Assembly: GCA_964355955.1 (NCBI GenBank)
Contig: CAYHFQ010000012.1
Span: 1-31,292, forward strand
DNA length: 31,292 nucleotides
DNA from: an uncultured Gammaproteobacteria bacterium
Lineage (GTDB): Bacteria; Patescibacteriota; Patescibacteriia; UBA9934
Reading direction: 5' to 3'
The notes below the pieces were generated by a model. That model ran no database searches. It worked only from the letters and a program-made list of their open reading frames with translations, and was not told the DNA's origin. Shown in pieces: positions 8,420 to 14,866 of the stretch. How positions within the stretch are numbered: position 1 is the first letter of the stretch; each line of letters starts with the position of its first letter. A program made the translations under genes and the position numbers.

Positions 8420-8613
8420 GAGTTTTGAGGGAATCGGGAAACTTGGTGGTGCACACCAGAGGTTTCCCGGGAGATATCGAGTTGGCGCTCGATGCGCAGA
8501 GTCAGTCAGTGACTCCGTGCTGTTCTGTCTAGCTCAGAAGGCGTTGGCTAGAAGGCCCGCGTGGCCTTTGGCGACTATTTATGTAAGCGCTGTCGTCGGC
8601 GCTGTGAACCTTG
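8420..8613 (-). repeat. duplicated leader block, copy B (hairpin module copy 5 plus 113-nt conserved block 8501-8613)
   Basis: Hairpin at 8434-8470 is identical to copy A. Relative to A there is a 28-nt versus 13-nt indel between hairpin and block. The sequence continues as CCCTCAAAACTCATGATTGATCCAATCGTGAAGTTCGAGGGCGTTC on the minus strand. Confidence 0.85.
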
Positions 8614-9369
8614 AAGATGACTTTCTCCAGTGGGCGTATATTGCCCGGTGATGATCTCGCTTCCCGCAGCCTGGATTGACACAGATATGTGCCGTCGCGC
8701 TGGCTGGTGGAGTTAGAGATCGAGTGCTGTGTCGACGTCGACGTTGTACGGGCAGGATTGCCGGGTACTGTCAGCCGTGACTCTGCAGCGCTCTCGAACG
8801 TCACCAGCGAGTGATGAAGTTGGAGAGCCCCTGAAGTAGATGCGAGGCATCACTTCAGGGCTAGGTCCCGTCAACACGAGGGCTGACGGGACACGAGTTA
8901 CGTTGTTCGTAACGTGAAGTATAATTTCCACGGGTTCCTAATGGACGGGCTCGAGAGTTGGCGAATCGGCGCAGGGCGTCGTCGTCAGTCGAGTAACCGT
9001 CGCCGGAAGGGCGCAGATACTTCTGTGTGTTAACTCTTCAGTTGTGAAGGTTCAGTTCCTTTGCCACGGTGGCTAAGCCTTGCGGCTGTTGGTAAGGACT
9101 GCAGGAGGTTCAAAACTGTTTTGAACTCCCGCGCACTCATTACCACGGTTATTTTCTCTGTTGTAACCGGGGGAAGTCTGGTGTGTTGGCCGAGCGTACT
9201 CAGTTACCACTTGCCAGGTTCCGACGTTCCGGCGGAGCCGGAGTGAGAACATAGGTGCTATCGAGTAAAAGTCTCTCTCACCCACTGTGGGGAATTGGCC
9301 TCGAGGGACCAGCTTTTGCTCAATGTCAGCTATGTGAGGGCCTTTTGTTCTCAAGCCTTGCGGCGAGAA
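8614..9369 (-). other. ORF-free, hairpin-dense segment (candidate long structured leader or ncRNA)
   Basis: No ORF over 93 aa on any frame, and none has an SD or island-like GC3. Many perfect stems are present: CCCTGAAGT/ACTTCAGGG 8829-8860, GTCCCGTCA/TGACGGGAC 8866-8891, GTTACG/CGTAAC, and GGTTCAAAAC/GTTTTGAAC ~9107-9127. Two GCC-GCAA-GGC GNRA-capped hairpins lie at 9079-9088 and 9356-9365. Confidence 0.35.
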
Positions 9370-9596
9370 GCAAAAAGGCAGGATTCAGTCTATCTAGTGT
9401 GGGGTTGCCCACGGAGAGAGAATGAATCCTGCCTTGGCAAACGCTACCTATGTAGGCTTGTCTAGTGTGGTACGAAGTAGAGCTGAGCTCACTTCATACC
9501 TGTGCCCCGTTTTTACCGGCACCCGTACTCTCTCTTAAGTTGTAAGGAACTAGTTTCTTGTAGGGCTGTTGGGCTTTCTCGTTCCCCTCAGCTTGT
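9370..9596 (-). ncRNA. candidate ~230-nt small RNA or leader bounded by a consensus promoter and an intrinsic terminator; class not recognised
   Basis: The predicted TSS is ~7 nt after the TATGAT box. The body contains stems GGTAtGAAGT..ACTTCgTACC and GTGCC..GGCAC. The 3' end is the terminator at 9371-9434. There is no ORF. I could not match it to SRP, 6S, tmRNA, T-box or the common riboswitch cores I know. Confidence 0.45.
9371..9434 (-). terminator. intrinsic terminator or attenuator
   Basis: Minus strand has a 12-bp stem AGGCAGGATTCA (9434-9423) / TGAATCCTGCCT (9387-9376). It encloses an inner GTGGG-caac-CCCAC hairpin and is followed by TTTTGCTTCT. Confidence 0.55.
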
Positions 9597-9602
9597 AGAC
9601 AC

Positions 9603-9631
9603 ATCATACCATTTTCTACGACTTCTGTCAA
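9603..9631 (-). promoter_or_regulatory. near-consensus sigma70 promoter pointing into island 1
   Basis: Minus strand has TTGACA (9631-9626), a 17-nt spacer GAAGTCGTAGAAAATGG, then TATGAT (9608-9603), with a TGg extended -10. Confidence 0.7.
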
Positions 9632-9690
9632 CTGCTGTGTGGCATGAATGCTAGAATAAGGCTAAGATTAGCTTATAAATTATCCACACC

Positions 9691-9725
9691 CTGTCATTTA
9701 CATTATGACAGTAAGGTGAAATAAT
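9691..9725 (+). promoter_or_regulatory. putative TrmB-gene promoter (TTTACA-17-AATAAT with TGa) overlapped by palindrome CTGTCAT-N7-ATGACAG
   Basis: The 21-nt palindrome at 9691-9711 covers the -35 hexamer at 9697-9702. It lies ~65 nt from the divergent island-1 promoter. Confidence 0.4.
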
Positions 9726-9790
9726 AGAGCCGGATAGGGTTAAATCAGGGCGGGGGACGGTGACCCCGCCTATTAAAGAGAGGCTATAAT

Positions 9791-10540
9791 ATGTATCAGG
9801 AAATACTGACTAAACTCGGGTTAAACGCGAATGAGGCCCATATTTACGAGCTTTTGCTGACTAAAGGCCGGACTAAGGCCCGGGATTTGCTGACGGATAG
9901 CGGCTTAGGCCGGGGCAACCTCTACAATGTGCTGACTAGTTTGGTCTCCCAGGGCTTGGCGACGGTGACAGAAGGGAAGCAGCAGATATATGAAGCGGCG
10001 GAGCCATCGCATCTCTCAACCCTCGTCGACGACCAGAAACGCCGAGCTGATCGCTTGGCGCAGGAGTTCCAGGGGGAGTTGCCGAAGTTGCTCTCGACGT
10101 TTAATTTAACGACAGGGAAGCCGGCGATTCAGGTGTTTGAGGGGATAGAGGGTGCAGAAATGGCTTTGATGGAATCATTGCAGGCTTCGAAGATAATTTA
10201 TACTTACGTTGATCCATCTACTTTTACCGAAGAAATTAAAGACTTGAACAGACGTTATGTACCTCAGCGTGAAAAGAAGGGAATACAAAAAAAGATTATA
10301 TTATGTGATAGTGAATGGGCACAAAAACATGCGTTAGCAGCTACTACTCAATTAACAGAGTATTTGTTAATTAAAGATTTCCCGCCAATGCACGATGTAG
10401 CCGTGGAAATGTATGATGATACAATTTCATATTTGGGTTTACGCGATGGAAAGACTATTTCTGTGATTGTGCATGATCCAGCAATAGCAAGAATGCATAT
10501 CGCTCAGTTTGAGTTTTTATGGAAAACCTTTAAACATTAA
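9791..10540 (+). CDS. TrmB-family transcriptional regulator
   Basis: N-terminal winged HTH LGLNANEAHIYELLLTKGRTKARDLLTDSGLGRGNLYNVLTSLVSQGL is typical of TrmB (PF01978-like). AGAGAGG lies upstream of the ATG. Confidence 0.75.
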   Translation: MYQEILTKLGLNANEAHIYELLLTKGRTKARDLLTDSGLGRGNLYNVLTSLVSQGLATVTEGKQQIYEAAEPSHLSTLVDDQKRRADRLAQEFQGELPKLLSTFNLTTGKPAIQVFEGIEGAEMALMESLQASKIIYTYVDPSTFTEEIKDLNRRYVPQREKKGIQKKIILCDSEWAQKHALAATTQLTEYLLIKDFPPMHDVAVEMYDDTISYLGLRDGKTISVIVHDPAIARMHIAQFEFLWKTFKH

Positions 10541-12975
10541 GTAGCCTTCTTTTCAAAAACAAAGGCACGCTTTGTCTTGTCTTTGTTTGGCATGTAAAAG
10601 CGTGTTGCTACAAAACCTTTGTCAAACATTTGTTTGCAATACTCAACCATATCTGAAGATTGTGACGGAAGAGAGAAAATGACCGGTGTTTGTTTATTTT
10701 TTGTCATCTCTGATTTTTCTTGATATTTAGTATTTTCTTTGTCATTACGACGTATTTTGAAGCGCAGAGTATTTTGACCAACTGAATCTACGCCGTTGAT
10801 AACGAATTTTTGGTCTTCTACATATGAAGTGCCAGCATCAAGGCCGATAGCGAAATCTGCTAATATGGTGTGTTTTTCGGCTAATGGCTTGAGCACTTCG
10901 TAGAAAAGTTGTTTGCCAAGACCAGAATCTTGAAGTGCTGGATCTACATTCAACGATCCTGCATAAAGTGCGTTTGGTTCTAAGCCTGGTACGTCGTCGA
11001 TACGGATAAAAGCCGCAATTTTGTCATGATATAAAATCATGGTGAAGGTTGAAGGAACATCTCCGGCGAGCGCGTGTTCCATTTTTTCACGTACTCGGGT
11101 AAATTCTGAAGATGACTTCATTTTCCAATTGTCATCAAAGATACGGTACAGATCCTTCTGTTCAAGATCTGTAAGCTCTACTCCTCGACGTTGCAGGAAA
11201 TTAACCCCCTGTAGATTTTCGATAGATAATTGACCTTCTTTGCCAACTGTACGGAGCGAAGAACCGAAAAGAGCCAGGTCGGTATTGCGACGAGCGAGGT
11301 CTTGTTTGAAGGTATCGAGCGTGGGTTTATCTTGTAGCGTGGCGGTGCGGGCTACGTCCTCCATGGCTGTGATGGCGCTGGCGACACGGCGGGTGAGTTC
11401 GTATTTGGCAACGCGACCTTGCTCGGGGGTCATTTGGCCTAAAGTGACGGCGGCAGCGACTTCGGCTAGCATTTGGCGACGGGTGCTACCAGCTTCGATG
11501 ACAGATTCGGCCAGTAAGGTGGCTTCGCTGGTGCGGAGTTCGGCAGCTACACGGAGATATTCGCGAGCGATATCTGGGAGGTCGGCGATTTCAGCGATGC
11601 TTTGGAGACCGGGTTCACCAATCTCTTTGGTGAGAGTGATAATTTGTTCGGTGTAGGGTGCGAGTTTGCTGATATTGCGGCGGAAGTGTTCGCGGGTAGC
11701 TAGGGGGAGGGCTTGGTCGACGTCGAGGCTGGCAGCACGGAGTTCATTATTGAAACCAGCCCAGACTGTTAGATTGTCGATAGCAGCTTTTAGTTCAGGG
11801 TTTTGGGCGGTGTCGACTAAATCGAGTAGGGTTGATTGGGTGAGTTCGACAGGTGCAGCGTAGCTGAGGGCGCCTTGGCCGTTATCGTAAGTTGTGAGCC
11901 GGGCGTCGCCTTTACGGAAGCGATTGATGAGAGAAATAGGCGTGAGGACGCCGTCTTCGTCGAGGACGATGGCCGACTGTTCGGGCGTGAGCTGCTCAAC
12001 CCGGACGGTGTGACCACCGAAGGCTCGACCAAGATTGTGTTTGACGCCGTCTATAGAGAGTAGACCTTTTGATGTGACAAGGCTTGCTTCGAGGCGGGTG
12101 CGAGTTTGGTGACGAGAGGCGGTGAAGTCGCTGTCACGAAGGAGACCTTCGGTGAAGAGGGTGGGGCAGTATTCTTTGAGGGCGGCGAGGGGGCGATCGA
12201 AGAGTAGTCCAGTGGATTTTTCGTTGCCTAGAGCTAGGCCTGGTTGAGCTCGAAACCAGTCGGCTGTTAGGGTATGACGTTTACCATCGTGATAGCGAAC
12301 CTCGAGTTTACCTTGGGCGTTGCGCTTAGCGTCACCAAATTTGGGGTTATATAAAATGGCCGCGACGGCAGTTTCTAAGGCTTTAGAATTATCGAGGGTA
12401 CGAGGAGCTGTAGCTGTTTTAATATCTTTTTTAGATAACCAGTCGGGTAATTCCCAGTAGCCTAAATGAAAGTCAGCGGCCTTGATGGCGTCGACGTCAA
12501 AGGCTTGTTCTTTGGTTTGGGGAGAGTAGACGAGTTGTTTAGCACCGTTTTCTGGTTTGTTGCGTAGTGTAACCGGTTCATCGCCAAAAGCATTAGCTAG
12601 GTAGTCGCCGCGGGTCCGTGAGAATGATTGGCCGTTTTCTGGGACAAAATCGGCGAATTTATGTTTGTTAAAGCGTTCTAGAGAAAAACCGTTTTTTGTT
12701 AGGAATGTGCCTTGCGTCAAGCGATGTTTAACCTGAGCAGAAAATTCAGTACGGGTTATTTTACCGGTTAAGATTTTGGCGATGTCTCGACCTTGAGGGA
12801 CTTCGCCACGCTCTACAGCGGCTTGAAGAAAATGAGTGAGTTCGGTGATGACCTCGGGGCCATAGTCGGCGGCGAGAGCATCAAACATTTGGCCAATATC
12901 TTTGGCTTTAGGTTTCTCTGGAGTGGGAGCGCGTTCTGCGCGACCAAAGCGCTGAGTACCGACCCATAATTCCAT
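10537..12975 (-). CDS. large hypothetical protein (812 aa) with C-terminal GNAT-like acetyltransferase fold motif
   Basis: The C-terminal ~170 aa contain AFIRIDDV..LYAGSLNVDPALQDSGLGKQLFYEVLKPLAEKH, which resembles GNAT motif A (Q/R-x-x-G-x-G/A). I do not recognise the N-terminal ~600 aa. Confidence 0.6.
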   Translation of the reverse strand: MELWVGTQRFGRAERAPTPEKPKAKDIGQMFDALAADYGPEVITELTHFLQAAVERGEVPQGRDIAKILTGKITRTEFSAQVKHRLTQGTFLTKNGFSLERFNKHKFADFVPENGQSFSRTRGDYLANAFGDEPVTLRNKPENGAKQLVYSPQTKEQAFDVDAIKAADFHLGYWELPDWLSKKDIKTATAPRTLDNSKALETAVAAILYNPKFGDAKRNAQGKLEVRYHDGKRHTLTADWFRAQPGLALGNEKSTGLLFDRPLAALKEYCPTLFTEGLLRDSDFTASRHQTRTRLEASLVTSKGLLSIDGVKHNLGRAFGGHTVRVEQLTPEQSAIVLDEDGVLTPISLINRFRKGDARLTTYDNGQGALSYAAPVELTQSTLLDLVDTAQNPELKAAIDNLTVWAGFNNELRAASLDVDQALPLATREHFRRNISKLAPYTEQIITLTKEIGEPGLQSIAEIADLPDIAREYLRVAAELRTSEATLLAESVIEAGSTRRQMLAEVAAAVTLGQMTPEQGRVAKYELTRRVASAITAMEDVARTATLQDKPTLDTFKQDLARRNTDLALFGSSLRTVGKEGQLSIENLQGVNFLQRRGVELTDLEQKDLYRIFDDNWKMKSSSEFTRVREKMEHALAGDVPSTFTMILYHDKIAAFIRIDDVPGLEPNALYAGSLNVDPALQDSGLGKQLFYEVLKPLAEKHTILADFAIGLDAGTSYVEDQKFVINGVDSVGQNTLRFKIRRNDKENTKYQEKSEMTKNKQTPVIFSLPSQSSDMVEYCKQMFDKGFVATRFYMPNKDKTKRAFVFEKKAT

Positions 12976-12977
12976 AC

Positions 12978-13973
12978 CTACTTCTTTACCTTGCGTTTCA
13001 TGACTTTCTGCACAGCCTTGGCGATCCAGGGGGCGGTGAGATGGTAGTGTTCCAGGAGTTCGCGGGGGGTGCCGGATTGGCCGAAGTCGTCCTGGAGACC
13101 GATACGCTCGATGGGCACGGGGTGAACGCTCGAGAGAAGTTCGCAGATGACGCTGCCGAGACCGCCGGCGGCTTGGGCTTCTTCTACGGTGACGATGGCA
13201 CCACAGTCTTTGGCGGCGGTGATGATGGTCGCTTCGTCGAGGGGTTTAATGGAGGGGCAGTTGATGACGCGAACGTCGAGGCCGAGCTTTTCCAGGCTAC
13301 GGGCGGCGAGCAAGGCTTCGTGGACTAGAATGCCGCAAGCGATGATGGCGACGTCGCTACCTTTGCGGAAGATTTGGGCTTGGCCGACCTCGAAAGGGGT
13401 GGCGTCCGTGGTAAAGACGGGGCTTTCACTGCGGGCAAAGCGGATGTAAACGGGCCCGTCGATTTGCGCGGCAGCGAGGGTGGCTTTGCGGGTTTCAATA
13501 GCGTCGCACGGGACGAGCACTGTCATGTTGGGGAGAACGCGCATGAGGGCAATGTCTTCCGTCATCTGGTGGGTAGCGCCGTCTGGGCCGACAGAAACGC
13601 CAGCGTGTGCGCCAGCAATTTTGACGTTGGTTTTGGGAATACAGATAGTGGTGCGAATTTGTTCCCAGTTGCGGCCAGGGGAGAAGCAGGCGTAGCTGGC
13701 AATAAAGGGGACTTTTCCGGCCAAGGCTAGGCCAGCGGCGATGGCAGCCAAGGATTGTTCGCTGACGCCCATTTGGATGAAGCGTTCCGGGTAGGCAGTC
13801 TTGAAGCCGAGGACGCGAGTGGATTCGGTTAGGTCGGCTGAGAGGGCGACGATACGCTCATCTTCCTTGCCGGCAATAATTAAACCATCGCCGAAGCCGT
13901 GGCGGGTGGGCTTTTGCTCGACGTCGGCCGAGAATAATTTGCGGGACAAACGCATTAACGAATTGATGGCCAT
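12978..13973 (-). CDS. transketolase, C-terminal (pyrimidine-binding plus C-terminal domain) subunit
   Basis: From ATG 13973: MAINSLMRLSRKLF..PTRHGFGDGL..ERFIQMGVSEQSLAAIAAGLALAGKVPFIASYACF..GPDGATHQ. This is the classic split-transketolase second half. The track N-terminal extension overlaps the NUDIX gene. Confidence 0.85.
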   Translation of the reverse strand: MAINSLMRLSRKLFSADVEQKPTRHGFGDGLIIAGKEDERIVALSADLTESTRVLGFKTAYPERFIQMGVSEQSLAAIAAGLALAGKVPFIASYACFSPGRNWEQIRTTICIPKTNVKIAGAHAGVSVGPDGATHQMTEDIALMRVLPNMTVLVPCDAIETRKATLAAAQIDGPVYIRFARSESPVFTTDATPFEVGQAQIFRKGSDVAIIACGILVHEALLAARSLEKLGLDVRVINCPSIKPLDEATIITAAKDCGAIVTVEEAQAAGGLGSVICELLSSVHPVPIERIGLQDDFGQSGTPRELLEHYHLTAPWIAKAVQKVMKRKVKK

Positions 13974-13983
13974 AGTTGATAGT

Positions 13984-13992
13984 ATTCTATCA
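13984..13992 (-). promoter_or_regulatory. extended -10 box TGaTAGAAT, 10 nt upstream of the transketolase ATG
   Basis: Minus strand reads cgTGaTAGAATactatcaactATG. No SD is present. Confidence 0.45.
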
Positions 13993-14017
13993 CGAGATGG
14001 CATTACTCGTCTTTGTC

Positions 14018-14455
14018 TTATTCGGCGGATTCGCTGTAGGTGATATTGTTGGCGATGAGTTCGAGGGCTTGGCGGACTACGGAGATAGTATTTTCGGGCA
14101 GATTGTTTAGTGGGAACCAGGTGAGACCAGCACATTTGTGCGGTTCGGTGTTGGTGATGTCGCCCGACCAGCGAGTGCAGCTAAAGTAAAAATCAATGCG
14201 TTCGCCGTCGTCAGCGTCGCGGTGCATGACGTGTAAGAAAGTGAGATCAACTGGGGCGATATCTATGCCAGCCTCTTCTTTGGCTTCGCGACACATGGCT
14301 TCTTTAAGCGTCTGCCCGCCGTCGTGATGGCCAGCCGGCAAGCCCCAAAAACCGTCCATGTAGCCGGTGTTTTGACGTTGGAGGAGTAGAACTTGATTGT
14401 CCTTTCGTAAAACGAGGTAGACAGCGGGGGTGAATTTGAAGTGGGGAGTACTCAT
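14018..14455 (-). CDS. NUDIX hydrolase
   Basis: Nudix box GLPAGHHDGGQTLKEAMCREAKEEAGI (G-x5-E-x7-REUxEExGU). Confidence 0.85.
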   Translation of the reverse strand: MSTPHFKFTPAVYLVLRKDNQVLLLQRQNTGYMDGFWGLPAGHHDGGQTLKEAMCREAKEEAGIDIAPVDLTFLHVMHRDADDGERIDFYFSCTRWSGDITNTEPHKCAGLTWFPLNNLPENTISVVRQALELIANNITYSESAE

Positions 14456-14468
14456 ATTTATAGATAGT

Positions 14469-14491
14469 AGATTGTAGAAGGTAGAAGGTAG
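14469..14491. repeat. left arm of the inverted repeat flanking the four-helix-bundle gene
   Basis: agattgtagaaggtagaaggtag is made of GTAGAAG units. It matches the reverse complement of 14867-14889 at 21/23 positions (my count). Confidence 0.75.
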
Positions 14492-14493
14492 GT

Positions 14494-14847
14494 TTAGAGG
14501 GTTATATTGTTGATGAAAGAGTTTAACATGCGCATTGTTTCACTGAGTAGTTCCTCGATCCGTTGTTTTGTGTTTTTTGATAAATACCCGAAATCTTTTG
14601 CTAGAATTAATTGTGTTTCTAATTCAGCTCCCGATCCGTAAGCTATGTAAAGAAATTTTCTGAAGTCTTTTTGACTTCCTCGTCGTGATCCTTCTGCAAT
14701 ATTACTTGGGATAGATATTGAAGCACGTCGCATTTGAGAAGTTAGTCCAAATCTTTCATGATGAGGAAAGGTGTTCGTCAACTGATAAACTTCGCGACAA
14801 ACATCCATGCTCTTTTGCCAAATCAGTAATTCATTATAGGCAGCCAT
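14494..14847 (-). CDS. four-helix-bundle protein (the family formerly called 23S rRNA intervening-sequence protein)
   Basis: 117 aa. LIWQKSMDVCREVYQLTNTFPHHERFGLTSQMRRASISIPSNIAEGSRRGSQKDFRKFLYIAYGSGAELETQL is the characteristic family pattern. Confidence 0.85.
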   Translation of the reverse strand: MAAYNELLIWQKSMDVCREVYQLTNTFPHHERFGLTSQMRRASISIPSNIAEGSRRGSQKDFRKFLYIAYGSGAELETQLILAKDFGYLSKNTKQRIEELLSETMRMLNSFINNITL

Positions 14848-14866
14848 ATATTCGCTAGTCTACTTT

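Noticed and set aside
3541-8473. Integron attC sites or a CRISPR array as an explanation for the recurring hairpins
   Set aside because: The stem ends do not fit the attC R''/R' consensus (RYYYAAC / GTTRRRY). There is no integrase. Spacing is gene-sized and irregular, and the repeat sequences differ, so this is not a CRISPR array. No cas genes are present.
7193-8613. DGR template/variable repeat pair
   Set aside because: The four mismatches are two C/T and two A/G transitions rather than adenine-specific substitutions. There is no reverse transcriptase in the window. The repeats do not lie at the 3' end of a target gene.
8713-9354. ORFs of 72 aa, 61 aa and 93 aa inside the long non-coding stretch, considered as a possible decayed gene
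   Set aside because: They have no SD, no codon bias and no recognisable motif, and the fragments lie on both strands. I cannot exclude an old pseudogene without a homology search, so the region is reported as a candidate structured RNA with low confidence.
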